A stretch of 64,000 bases of DNA. Source: Candidatus Melainabacteria bacterium (GTDB lineage Bacteria > Cyanobacteriota > Vampirovibrionia > Caenarcaniphilales > Caenarcanaceae). How positions within the stretch are numbered: the stretch's first letter is position 1; the number at the start of each line of letters is the position of its first letter. Shown piece by piece: positions 49,285 to 59,525 of the stretch. The DNA is taken from assembly GCA_005110395.1 (NCBI GenBank), contig DUDU01000040.1, positions 4,153 to 68,152 of the forward strand. Reading direction: 5' to 3'. The notes under the pieces were generated by a model. The model saw only the letters and a list, made by a program, of their open reading frames with translations. It did no database searches and was not told where the DNA came from. The position numbers and the translations under genes were made by a program.

Positions 49285-49604
49285 ATAAATCTCCTAAATG
49301 CTTTCATTCTCATATTTCCCATTGCGGAGACGAATAGAACTTTTATAAAGGGGAATTATCATTCAAATTTACGATTATCTTTATTGTGAATTTTACTAAT
49401 AGCTGCAACCCATACTCAGCTCAGTCATTTAGATGAGTCAATCATATTATTCCCCAAAAAATTTTGCCGTATAAGGCCCTCTATTTAAAGATATATGTTG
49501 GCTTAATATTGAAAATGAGAAATTGAAATTTGCATAAAAGCAAGAAAGGCAAAGGAAAAAGTTTGTAAAAACTTAAATAGTTTTCTTTCAAGAATTGCCC
49601 AAAA

Positions 49605-50069
49605 TTATTTTGCAAAAACTTGCCTAAAAATAAAACGATTGCCATCCATCAGGCTCTGCCAAAAAAACACAAAAACAAAATAAATAGGAATATTCCTATT
49701 TTGAGAAACCGCCTGATACGTCCACACTTTGAAAGGTATTCCGCTAAAAGCCTGAAGGAAATAAGACAGATTTCCAAAATTATTTTCTAGCGTCTTCAAA
49801 TGATTCAACATACCTAGATTTGTAAAAGGTAAATGAAATAAATATTTCTCAACCAAATTGACATGATCAACACACAAATACATCATTAGCAAGCCACCAA
49901 GAGAGGAAGCAATAATGCTAATAGTCAAATATTTCCAGAGCTTTTGAGGTGAAAGTATTCCCAATATCAAAAGTATAAAATCAGGAAATACAAACCAAAT
50001 GCAAGCTTCACTGAACGCCCAGAAAGCAATGAGCATATTTTCTTTTCTTGATTCGGCAAAGCGTTTCAA
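49605..50069 (-). CDS. small membrane protein, YqaA/DedA-like
   Basis: MLIAFWAFSEACIWFVFPDFILLILGIL resembles the N-terminal re-entrant region of the YqaA/DedA (SNARE-associated) family. About 4 TM helices. Confidence 0.4.
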   Translation of the reverse strand: MKRFAESRKENMLIAFWAFSEACIWFVFPDFILLILGILSPQKLWKYLTISIIASSLGGLLMMYLCVDHVNLVEKYLFHLPFTNLGMLNHLKTLENNFGNLSYFLQAFSGIPFKVWTYQAVSQNRNIPIYFVFVFFWQSLMDGNRFIFRQVFAK

Positions 50070-50146
50070 TGCCTTATAAAATTCAAGTGAATTTTTTTCA
50101 TGCTCACAATTTGTTGTTTTAATTCATTGCAAACATTCAATGATGG

Positions 50147-51679
50147 TCAAAAATCAGCATTTTTCGCTTCAATCAAATCAACCATGCGAGGTGTTTTATT
50201 CCATTGAGTTGGTCTTCTTCCAAAAAGTACTTTTCTTACCGTCCACAAAACAATTATTGGCCAATGAGCCGAGCCATAGAAGAAAGTCAATAAGCCATAT
50301 TTAAAAGAATTAAAGGCAGAATATCCTCTCCAGCGCCTAATAGAAATCGAAATATTAACGATAAAGACTAAACTCAAGGAAAGAGTTGCTAGCATCAAAG
50401 TTGTTATATGAGTAGCCTCACCACGGAAAAAACTGATTGATTCAAGCACTAAGTCGAGGAAAATCCAGATTGGAATTGCAAATTGGCACATAAAAGGCAC
50501 AATATCAAATCTCTGTAAAAATTTAATTTTTCCTTTAGGAGTAACAAAACATTGAAAATGCGTTAAATATCTTCTGATACTGCCTTCCGCCCAGCGTCTT
50601 CTTTGCTTGAATAAAGCAGTAGGCGTAATAACTCCTTCTTCATAAACTTCTACTTCTGGTATAAATCTAATTCTCCAACCATAAACATAAAGCCTGGTGG
50701 AAAGCTCTAGATCATCAGTTAAAGTTCTCTCATCCCATCCACCAACTTCAAGTAAACATTTGCGAGAATTAACTTGACCATTACCTCTAAACTCAACTAG
50801 CCCATTTAGTGAATCTCTTCCAACTTGCAAAAAAGTATCAAAGGCAAATTCCAAATCTTGACATTTTGCAAGAGTATTAAATGAAGCATTATTGATTCTC
50901 TTTTGAAATTGAACACCCCCTACTTTGGAATTTTCAAAATACTTAATCGCCTCTTTGAAACAATGAGATTGCACTTTTGCATCAGCATCAAACACCGCCA
51001 CCAATTCGGATGATGTCATACTAAGAGCTTGATTGAGTGAAGCAGATTTACCAGGAGGCTGTCCGTCGACTCTACGAATGAGACTAACTTTTTTACTTAA
51101 ATTATTTGACTTAATAAAATCATCAACTCTATCAGCTGAACCATCAATACTGCGATCGTCAATTATATAAATGTGATAGCTAGCATAATCAATTTGTAGT
51201 AAATTCTGGATAGTATCGAGAATCACATTTTTTTCATTGTGACAAGGCACAAAAACATCAATTGCTGGGTAATAAGAATTATTATCATCCGCTTGATCTT
51301 GATGATCCTGGCCCATTGAGGATTCTCCTAAACGTACATTGGATTTTTTGTCAGTCTGACCAAGCAAAGGCAAAACTCGATCGGAAAATTGTTTAGGAAA
51401 TTGTTCAGAAACATGAGCAGAAAGACGTGCTGAGAAATTCTTCCATTGTTGAGCAACATATACAACTACTGTATAAAAAAGAACCGCTCCAATAACTAAA
51501 AACAATAATCCTAAAGGTAAAGGTCCAGGAAAAATGTTCAAAACTCTGTCTGGAAGAAGTTTTTCTAAGATTTTGATAGATAACCAAGTTGCCAAAATAA
51601 TTGAAAAGAGCAGAATTCGATCTCTGAAAACTTCTGGCGGAGCATTTTTGACTTTTTCAAAAGGTTCTTTTAATGACAT
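50147..51679 (-). CDS. processive family-2 glycosyltransferase (cellulose/chitin/PNAG-synthase-like)
   Basis: VFVPCHNE, IIDDRSIDGS, VFDADA, TDDLELSTRL and QRRRWAEG (QxxRW), flanked by N- and C-terminal TM helices. Confidence 0.85.
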   Translation of the reverse strand: MSLKEPFEKVKNAPPEVFRDRILLFSIILATWLSIKILEKLLPDRVLNIFPGPLPLGLLFLVIGAVLFYTVVVYVAQQWKNFSARLSAHVSEQFPKQFSDRVLPLLGQTDKKSNVRLGESSMGQDHQDQADDNNSYYPAIDVFVPCHNEKNVILDTIQNLLQIDYASYHIYIIDDRSIDGSADRVDDFIKSNNLSKKVSLIRRVDGQPPGKSASLNQALSMTSSELVAVFDADAKVQSHCFKEAIKYFENSKVGGVQFQKRINNASFNTLAKCQDLEFAFDTFLQVGRDSLNGLVEFRGNGQVNSRKCLLEVGGWDERTLTDDLELSTRLYVYGWRIRFIPEVEVYEEGVITPTALFKQRRRWAEGSIRRYLTHFQCFVTPKGKIKFLQRFDIVPFMCQFAIPIWIFLDLVLESISFFRGEATHITTLMLATLSLSLVFIVNISISIRRWRGYSAFNSFKYGLLTFFYGSAHWPIIVLWTVRKVLFGRRPTQWNKTPRMVDLIEAKNADF

Positions 51680-51862
51680 AAAGATTTAGTTTGGACAATA
51701 AGCATTAATAAAAACTCAATCTCTATTCAACCAAGAAATAATGAAAAATAACTACATAGTTCAAATCATAAAGTTCGAGCTGAGCGGAATAGGATTAAAT
51801 AGTAAACACATCAATTTTATTCTGATAATGATGATTTGGGGAAATATCTATTGTCTTTTGAA

Positions 51863-53365
51863 TTAGCTTACTTCATCAACTTCTGAAACTCCAACACGAT
51901 GAAGCTTCATTAGATTTGTTGTTCCACTTACTGGAAGGGGCGATCCAGCTGTCACCACGACAATGTCTCCTTTTTTGAATAACCCTGATCCCAATAAAAT
52001 CTCATCCACTTTCTCAACCATTTGTTCAATTGTACGAGTATCATTCAATTCATCATTGATGATGGCAGATTGAACTCCCCAATAAAGCCCCATTTCTTTT
52101 TGAATTCTGGCATAAGGAGAAAGTGCAATAATGCGGCAATTTGAACGATATTTGGAAATGCGTTTAGCGGTTGCTCCTGAGGAAGTGAAAACAACAATTG
52201 CTTTGGCACTAACTTCTCTGGCAGCAATACAAGCTAGTTCACTAATTGTTTTAGGAAAAAATCCCATTGGCTCCTTTGGAAGAGCACACTCAACATCTAA
52301 ATCAGAATTGTTGGCTCTAGGATAAGACAAAGCTTTTTCGCTTTCATCAATGATTCGAGACATTATCTTCACAACTTCAATTGGAAAGTCTCCGCTAGCA
52401 GTTTCACCTGAAAGCATAACGGCATCTGTATTGTCAAAAATCGCATTAGCCACATCTGATGCTTCTGCACGAGTTGGACAAGGGTTCTTGATCATTGATT
52501 CAAGCATTTGTGTGGCTGTAATAACCAAAATACCTTTTTCATTAGCCATTTTGATTAGCCTTTTTTGAACAACAGGCACCTTTTCGGGGGTCATTTCAAC
52601 ACCTAAATCGCCACGAGCCACCATAATGCCATCACTGACATCCATGATTTCATTTATATTATCCATGGCTTGAGGCTTTTCAATTTTGGCAATTACTGGA
52701 ATATTTCGACCAGCAGCACGAATCAATTCTTTGAGCTCAAGAACATCTTTTGCCTCACGTACAAATGAAAGAGCAATATATTCGACATCATATTCGAGAC
52801 CTATTTTTAAATCTTCACGGTCTTTAGCAGTAAGAGCTGGTGTTGTAAGTTTGACATCAGGAATATTAATGCCTTTATTGTCTTTGAGTAGTCCTCCATG
52901 AATAACTTCGCATGTCAACTTGACACCATCAGTTTCTAAGACTTTGAGTTGAAGCAGTCCATCATCAATAAGCAAAGTATCGCCTTTGGATAAATCTTTG
53001 GCTAATTGAGTATAAGTAGTAGAAACAAGGGACTCAGTATTATCAATTTGTTCAGTTGTAATGGTAAAGATTTGTTTTGGAACAAGCGTAAGTGGGCCAT
53101 TTTTTAATTTGGCGGTTCGAATTTTTGGCCCCTGTAAATCTTGTAATAGGGCAATTGGTTTTCCGATTCTAGTAGAAATCTCACGAATTAAATTTATAAC
53201 CTTTATATGATCTTCATGAAAACCATGTGAGAAATTGAGCCTAGCAACATCCATGCCAGCCAAAATGAGATTTTCAATCATCTCGGGAGAGCTGGTTTTA
53301 GGGCCAATAGTGCAAATTATTTTTGTTTTTGGATGTGATGCAAAAGCTTGTCTAGAAAGAATCAT
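51863..53365 (-). CDS. pyk: pyruvate kinase
   Basis: KIICTIGP, MDVARLNFSHG, GPKIRT, IIAKIE, MVARGDLGVE, ATQMLESM and DAVMLSGETA. Confidence 0.93.
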   Translation of the reverse strand: MILSRQAFASHPKTKIICTIGPKTSSPEMIENLILAGMDVARLNFSHGFHEDHIKVINLIREISTRIGKPIALLQDLQGPKIRTAKLKNGPLTLVPKQIFTITTEQIDNTESLVSTTYTQLAKDLSKGDTLLIDDGLLQLKVLETDGVKLTCEVIHGGLLKDNKGINIPDVKLTTPALTAKDREDLKIGLEYDVEYIALSFVREAKDVLELKELIRAAGRNIPVIAKIEKPQAMDNINEIMDVSDGIMVARGDLGVEMTPEKVPVVQKRLIKMANEKGILVITATQMLESMIKNPCPTRAEASDVANAIFDNTDAVMLSGETASGDFPIEVVKIMSRIIDESEKALSYPRANNSDLDVECALPKEPMGFFPKTISELACIAAREVSAKAIVVFTSSGATAKRISKYRSNCRIIALSPYARIQKEMGLYWGVQSAIINDELNDTRTIEQMVEKVDEILLGSGLFKKGDIVVVTAGSPLPVSGTTNLMKLHRVGVSEVDEVS

Positions 53366-53604
53366 AAATTTGTGATTTTGAAAACTAATAATGTTAGAGA
53401 GTTTAAATGCAAAATTATTACATTTAGCAAAATATGCTCATAAAATAAAGCTTGAGTAATTTTACAGTTCTTCTGAATTCATGATTAGTTCGATTCTCAA
53501 TAGGTCTAATTAAACATTTCTTATAAATTTGAAATAAATAGAATCAAGGCATTTTGCTTGAATCTGAACTGAATAACATTTGAAGTTTAGGCCACAAAGA
53601 ATAT

Positions 53605-56070
53605 TCAATTAGATACTGAATTCAATTTCTCAATTTCATCCTTGAGCATACTCATTTTTTGTTTATCAATTTCAGAACATTGAATTAAAGAGACATTTAC
53701 TTGTTTCTTTAATTTTTCCAAATCAGGCTCAAGTAACTTTAAGCTAGAAACTTGATTGTTTTTCTTGAGTCTAAGAATTGCTTCTTTATATACGAGGAAT
53801 GACTTTTGATAGTTCTCAGAGGGTTTCTCAATTCGTCCTAGTTGATGAAAGCTGCGGGCTAATGCTCTTCTGGCTGGTAAAGAGTCTGAGAATTGTTTGT
53901 CTCCAACTACTTCTAATGCCCTTTTATATGCTTTAATTGAGTCTCTCAGTGAGCCTGATTTGGCATATGACTCATCAAGTCTGGACAGTTCAACATAGAC
54001 ATCACCGATATTTTGATAGACAAAACTGTATTTTCTCTCTTGACTTTGTGGGTTGTGAAATTTAAGCGATTTTTGAAAAGAATCCAATGAAAGCTGTAAA
54101 TACTTTCTTGGATCTTTGTATTTTGATATTTCTCTGAACACTAAACCCAAAAGGTTGTACCAGAAGCCTCTACTTTCATTACTCTTAGACTCTTTTATTG
54201 CCTGTTTACATATCGGTAAAAACAATTGCTCCAATTCTATATAAAGTGATTTATGCCCAAGGATTCGATAAAAGCGCAATAGGAAAAAGTGATACTCTTC
54301 AAATAAAGCATTATTCAAAATCCATTTCAAAGTAATCAAAGTTTGCTCATATTGAGTAATCCAGATTTGTGATTCTTGCCAAATAGTTTTACTTTCAAGT
54401 CTTTTTAATAAAATACGATTAGTTGATATTTGTGATGAAGAATTATGGGTATCTAGTTTTTTTATCAATTCTCCAATTTTGAGATCAATTGAGTACAGTA
54501 AAACTGTATTAGAAGAAATGATTTTTAGAAATCCGCAATAAACCAATATTTCTAAAGAATCATATAAGTCACTTTTATCAAATACTTTTTTTGTAATCAA
54601 ATCAGAACAAAGTATCGATAAATCATTGAAAGAAAATCCTGATAATGGCAAAGTTACTATTCTCTGAAGCAATAAAGTAATTTCTCTGGGAAAAATATTT
54701 AATAAATTCCATAATAATAAAACCGATCTTTGTTCATTACTAATTTGACCAGCCTGATCGACAGCATTGCCTTGATTTGATGATTGATTTAATAAATTGT
54801 GATTATTACTTTGATTAGAATTTGTTTTATCTTGCGAGAAAGAATTTATTTTGCTAAAGACTTTTAGATCAGTTTTCTTTATACTCTCAAGATAATGTTT
54901 TAGTGATTGTTTTTGCAACCTAAATCCAAAGCCGATTGATGAAACTAAATCAGGCGCATTATTGATTTGATTTAGTACTTGGATAATAAGATTATTCATT
55001 TCCTTATTATCTTTATTAACATCAAAATCAATGGTTTCCTGAAAAAGCTGAGTTGAAGCTTCTATATTCATAGTTGATGAATCCATTAATTTCATAGAAA
55101 CAACTTCTCTTAAATTACCTAATGTCTTTTTGGCTTTAAAGAAATAATTGGGATTTTGACTAATAAGAAGAATATTAGAATTCGGAGGCAGGCTTCTAAT
55201 CAGTTTGTCAAGCTCTGAAATTGGAAAATCTTCTATTTCTTGCAAAACCAATAAAAGTGAATTCGATAAAACCGAATTTTGAGCCTGAGGAATAACTCTT
55301 AACTTATTAGATGAATTATTTGATTGACTAGTAGCTTCATTAGAATAAATATATGCTTCAGAAATACTTGACACTTTATCTTTATCTTGAGATTCATGAC
55401 CCAAGCTTATGATTTTTTGAATAGCTTGTGTGTTTTCAATATTAGTATTTGTCTTAAAATGTGATTCAGAAGTTAGCTGAGAAGTGTGCTGAGATGATGA
55501 TTTAGAGGGCAAGTGAAAATATGGCTGAGCAAGTGACTGAGAAATTGGGCTTGAGAAAACATTACCAAAAACATTTTCAAGCGATTGCAAAACATCTGTG
55601 ACTTTCTTAGTACCAGACTTAATATTAGAAGTTGCTACAGAATTATTAATCTCAATTTCCTTTAATATAATCGTGGCTAATTGCTCAGCTGTCTGAAAGG
55701 GCTTGTTGAGAGTTAGATTGACAAATATTGAATTAGACGCAACACCTTGATAATTCCTTTTGAGAGATTTGACAACAAAATCTTTGCCAGCATAACGAGA
55801 AATATTGAGAAGAATTAATTTCTTGAATATTACTGAGCCTGAATTCTCTAATTCTTCGGAACTTGAAGGCTCATAAATTGGATTCTTGTAAATTGTATTA
55901 CAGGGCTGAGTATTAAAAAAATAAATTGCTTCTTTGACTATTTTGTTTAATAAAACTTCAAGTGCAGAAAATGAATAATTCTGTTTATTTACAAATGTTT
56001 TTTTCTGAGCTCTGTAATGACTCAAAAAGTCCTTTAATTGGATTCTAAAAAATTTATCGAAAAAAGTCAT
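53605..56070 (-). CDS. 821-aa hypothetical protein with an N/S/Q-rich middle and a TPR-like C-terminal region
   Basis: Long intact ORF. The C-terminal 250 aa show helical-repeat patterns (WYNLLGLVFREISKY..., YQNIGDVYVELSRLDES..., KAYKRALEV...). The central LLLVLQEIEDF...NSNILLISQN resembles a Walker-B/'hhhhDD...TTR' arrangement, but no P-loop was found. Confidence 0.55.
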   Translation of the reverse strand: MTFFDKFFRIQLKDFLSHYRAQKKTFVNKQNYSFSALEVLLNKIVKEAIYFFNTQPCNTIYKNPIYEPSSSEELENSGSVIFKKLILLNISRYAGKDFVVKSLKRNYQGVASNSIFVNLTLNKPFQTAEQLATIILKEIEINNSVATSNIKSGTKKVTDVLQSLENVFGNVFSSPISQSLAQPYFHLPSKSSSQHTSQLTSESHFKTNTNIENTQAIQKIISLGHESQDKDKVSSISEAYIYSNEATSQSNNSSNKLRVIPQAQNSVLSNSLLLVLQEIEDFPISELDKLIRSLPPNSNILLISQNPNYFFKAKKTLGNLREVVSMKLMDSSTMNIEASTQLFQETIDFDVNKDNKEMNNLIIQVLNQINNAPDLVSSIGFGFRLQKQSLKHYLESIKKTDLKVFSKINSFSQDKTNSNQSNNHNLLNQSSNQGNAVDQAGQISNEQRSVLLLWNLLNIFPREITLLLQRIVTLPLSGFSFNDLSILCSDLITKKVFDKSDLYDSLEILVYCGFLKIISSNTVLLYSIDLKIGELIKKLDTHNSSSQISTNRILLKRLESKTIWQESQIWITQYEQTLITLKWILNNALFEEYHFFLLRFYRILGHKSLYIELEQLFLPICKQAIKESKSNESRGFWYNLLGLVFREISKYKDPRKYLQLSLDSFQKSLKFHNPQSQERKYSFVYQNIGDVYVELSRLDESYAKSGSLRDSIKAYKRALEVVGDKQFSDSLPARRALARSFHQLGRIEKPSENYQKSFLVYKEAILRLKKNNQVSSLKLLEPDLEKLKKQVNVSLIQCSEIDKQKMSMLKDEIEKLNSVSN

Positions 56071-56218
56071 TTTTAAAATCTCTCTTCAGAAGGTTCTTCG
56101 CCGTGATAACTTCAAGGAGTAAATGCTAATACGTGCTACGGACTTATTAAGTGTAATAATACTCTGAAAAGGCTATAAAATTGAAAGTAACTTTACAAAA
56201 TTTCAAGATCAGCAAATT

Positions 56219-57286
56219 ATGAAAATAGGCGTTCCTAAGGAAATATTAGATTTAGAATACAGAGTCAGCCTCACACCAAACTCTATTTCATCACTTATAG
56301 AAGAAGGACATCAAGTATTTGTCGAAACTCAAGCTGGACCGGGAAGTGGTTTTAGTGATGAATTGTATATTCAAGCTGGTGCAAAGATTCTTGGTACTGC
56401 CGAAGAAGTTTTTACTCAATCAGAGCTGATAGTCAAGGTAAAGCAACCTTTAGAGCAAGATCTGAAATATTTGACAAAAAACCACATTCTGTTTACCTAC
56501 TTGCATTTAGCCGCTGACAAAAAGCTTGCTGAGCAATTATGCGCAATCGGATTAACAGCATATGCTTATGAAACAATTGAATTAGAAAACAAATTATTGC
56601 CAGCTCTTCTTCCAATGAGCGAAATTGCTGGACGCATGTCAATCCAAATTGGAGCTCATTTACTAGAAAAAGCACAAGGTGGTTCTGGTATTTTATTAAG
56701 CGGAGCGCCAGGTCTACCAAAAGGAAAAGTTGTAATTCTGGGCGGAGGAATAGCTGGAACTCAAGCTGCCAGACAAGCAATTGGAATGGGTGCAGAGGTT
56801 GTCATCTTTGAAAAAAATCCTGTGCGTTTGAGAGAGTTAGATGAATTATTTGCCAGTAAAGCTTCTATTTTGGCTTCAGAAACTCATTTAATTGCGGAGC
56901 AAGTCCAGCAAGCTGATTTGGTGATTGGGGCGGTTCTCATACCTGGAAGAAGGCCACCCATACTTGTTACTGAAAAAAACGTATTGAAAATGAAGCCGGG
57001 CTCAGTTGTGCTGGATATAGCAGTTGATCAAGGTGGATGTATTGAAACAATTGAACCAACCAAGCATTCAAAACCGACTTTTGTAAAACACGGAGTTGTT
57101 CACTATGGAGTAACTAATATGCCAGGAGCCGTTCCTAGAACTGCAACTCAAGCTCTCAATATTGCCACTATTAAATATGTTCACGAGCTAGCCAAAACTG
57201 GAGCCAAAGATCAAAATCTACACGGTGGACTCAATATTAAAGCAGGTGAAATTATTCATGCTGAGGTTAAGAAGGCTTGCTCGTGA
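56219..57286 (+). CDS. ald: alanine dehydrogenase
   Basis: MKIGVPKEI...EYRVSLTP, FTYLHLA, VVILGGGIAGTQAA and VLDIAVDQGG. Confidence 0.92.
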   Translation: MKIGVPKEILDLEYRVSLTPNSISSLIEEGHQVFVETQAGPGSGFSDELYIQAGAKILGTAEEVFTQSELIVKVKQPLEQDLKYLTKNHILFTYLHLAADKKLAEQLCAIGLTAYAYETIELENKLLPALLPMSEIAGRMSIQIGAHLLEKAQGGSGILLSGAPGLPKGKVVILGGGIAGTQAARQAIGMGAEVVIFEKNPVRLRELDELFASKASILASETHLIAEQVQQADLVIGAVLIPGRRPPILVTEKNVLKMKPGSVVLDIAVDQGGCIETIEPTKHSKPTFVKHGVVHYGVTNMPGAVPRTATQALNIATIKYVHELAKTGAKDQNLHGGLNIKAGEIIHAEVKKACS

Positions 57287-57345
57287 TTGGAACTATCTCT
57301 GATTTTCTATTGCTGCGAGTTAATAAATTTGTTTTTAAAATGAAT

Positions 57346-58167
57346 CTAAATTTGAAAGTTCTTTTGTTTTTTTAGTTGAAGAAGTATCTTTTCTGTTATG
57401 ACTCCAACAAGTTCAATTACTATCTTACTTTCATCCTCAACGAGTTCACTAATAAATGGTCTTCCATGACCTATACCTTCTTTATTGCGAAGTCTATTAA
57501 TTGATAAAGCTAAAGAAAATAAATGCCTTTCTATTTCATGTGTTTTTCTTTCATTTGCATCTGACTTATCCTCTGAAGTTTTCATGCCAAGAGCCATAAA
57601 ACATTGAGCTAAAAGAAACTCAAAATTTTTATGTTCAGAATAGGAATTTCCAAGTTCAACTAAAACATGTTTAGCAGTTGCTTCAATCAAATCTTTTCCA
57701 GTTCCCACTACAAGAGCTGCATCTTCTATCCCTTTTTGTGCTCTTTTCGCATATTTCAACAATACTTCCGTAAGTTCTCTTCCTTCCAATCCTTCAAGAG
57801 CCACGGGAGTGATATAGCCATCTGAAGACAGAATGAAATTGTATTGCCTTAATATGCTACGAAAACTTGCAATAGGATCATCTCCAACGTAGTTCTTCGT
57901 TTCTTTTATAAAGCCTCCTTTTGCTTTTAGCAGTTTACATAATGATAGGGAAATATTTCCTCCTTCTTTGTATCGCTCATTTTCATATGCCTGAAATAAA
58001 ACAGTTTGTATCTTTTTGCTCTTTCCTTCAGACGTTTCAGGATATGAAAGCCCCCCTCTTTCAATTACGTTTTTAATTTCAGCATGTGATGGCTGCTTTT
58101 GACCGCGATCGTTAAACAACTCGCTTAATGAATAAATAATTTCTTCCTCAAGGGGTAAAGAATTCAT
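57346..58167 (-). CDS. Abi_C-domain (abortive-infection C-terminus) protein
   Basis: VVGTGKDLIEATAKHVLVELG ... LFSLALSINRLRNKEGIGHGRP matches the conserved helix and RN..g.GHG motif of the Abi_C family. Confidence 0.7.
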   Translation of the reverse strand: MNSLPLEEEIIYSLSELFNDRGQKQPSHAEIKNVIERGGLSYPETSEGKSKKIQTVLFQAYENERYKEGGNISLSLCKLLKAKGGFIKETKNYVGDDPIASFRSILRQYNFILSSDGYITPVALEGLEGRELTEVLLKYAKRAQKGIEDAALVVGTGKDLIEATAKHVLVELGNSYSEHKNFEFLLAQCFMALGMKTSEDKSDANERKTHEIERHLFSLALSINRLRNKEGIGHGRPFISELVEDESKIVIELVGVITEKILLQLKKQKNFQI

Positions 58168-58188
58168 ATCAACTTATTTTTTGTTCAA

Positions 58189-59235
58189 CTAAGCAAACTG
58201 TTTTAAAAATCTAATATCACCTGAATAAAAATCTCGTATATCTGATATCCCATATTTAAGCATCGCGAAACGCTCTAAACCTAAACCCGCCGCAAAACCT
58301 GAATATTTTTTTGTATCAACTCCCGCTAATTCCAACACATTTGGATCTACCATTCCACAGCCCAAAAGCTCTAACCAGCCACGACCTCCGCAAGTAGAAC
58401 ATCCTTTACCTTTGCAAAAAGGACATTGCGCATCTACTTCCGCTGAAGGCTCAGTAAAAGGGAAAAAGTCAGGCCTAAGTCTAATCTTGACATCATCTTG
58501 AAACAATTCACTGAGGAATTGCTGCAAAGTCCACTTCAGATGGGCGAAGTTAATATCTTCTTCTACACACAAAATTTCGAATTGATGAAAGAAAGGCAAC
58601 TTACGAGCATTTACTTCTTCGTTTCTATAAACTCGTCCATGCGACATTATGCGAATTGGCACACCGTATTTTTCAATAGACCTAACCTGAACTGGTGAAG
58701 TCTGCGATCTAAGTAAAACATGATTCGCTATATCTGTATAAAAAGTGTCTTGCTCATCACGGGCTGGATGGTTATCGGGTGTATTAAGTGCGGTGAAATT
58801 GTAATATTCGGTTTCGATTTCGGGACCATCTACCAAGCTAAAACCCAGCTTTGTAAAAATATCAACAATTTCTTTTGCAATCAGAGTTAATGGATGCAAA
58901 GAACCAATTTGATTTGACCTTAAACCAGGCAAAGTTGTGTCGATTTTTTCTTTTTGAAGCTTGAAGTTTAATTCTTTTTCGTCAATTTGAGCTTTGGCTG
59001 ATTGAAAAAATCCTTCAATTGCTTGTTTTGCCTCATTAAGAGCTTTTCCATAAGCTGGTTTTTCTTCTTTAGTAACTTCTCCCATTTTCTTCTGAAAAGC
59101 TTTTAATTCGCTTTTATCGCCCAAATACTTAACCCGTGCTTTTTCTAAGTCATCGGAGTTGTTTGTGTTAGCAAAGTCTGATTGGGCTTCTTGAATCAGT
59201 TTGGTAAAATTGTCGATTAAAAGATTGCTGCTCAT
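58189..59235 (-). CDS. pheS: phenylalanine--tRNA ligase alpha subunit
   Basis: HPLT, NFTALNTPDNHPARDEQDTFY, LLRSQTSPVQVR, GRVYRNE, FHQFE and GFAAGLGLERFAMLKYGI. Confidence 0.93.
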   Translation of the reverse strand: MSSNLLIDNFTKLIQEAQSDFANTNNSDDLEKARVKYLGDKSELKAFQKKMGEVTKEEKPAYGKALNEAKQAIEGFFQSAKAQIDEKELNFKLQKEKIDTTLPGLRSNQIGSLHPLTLIAKEIVDIFTKLGFSLVDGPEIETEYYNFTALNTPDNHPARDEQDTFYTDIANHVLLRSQTSPVQVRSIEKYGVPIRIMSHGRVYRNEEVNARKLPFFHQFEILCVEEDINFAHLKWTLQQFLSELFQDDVKIRLRPDFFPFTEPSAEVDAQCPFCKGKGCSTCGGRGWLELLGCGMVDPNVLELAGVDTKKYSGFAAGLGLERFAMLKYGISDIRDFYSGDIRFLKQFA

Positions 59236-59525
59236 GAAAACTTCCTGAAAATTGAATCTAAAGTTTGTGTGCGATTTCTAGTGATTAAATTTGTAATTCA
59301 TTATTTTGCCTTATTTGTGTTGCTTCTTCCACATTTAGAATTTGATAACTTTGAAATTTGTATTTTTGTAAAAATGAGCATATTGATAATAAATTCCTCT
59401 TCTTCTCATTTCATGGTCTTTATGGTAATTTGTGATAACTTGAATTTGTCTATGCTCAAGCAAACTGATTTTCAACAATTCACAATTAATACAAAAAATT
59501 CAAAAAGAAAATATTTCTAAGCTAA

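Noticed and set aside
59269-59520. An 83-aa plus-strand ORF between pheS and the helicase gene.
   Set aside because: It lies in the AT-rich divergent promoter region. The translation is F/I/L-rich with no motif, it has a GTG-type start, and it ends 6 nt before the helicase start. It is probably spurious.
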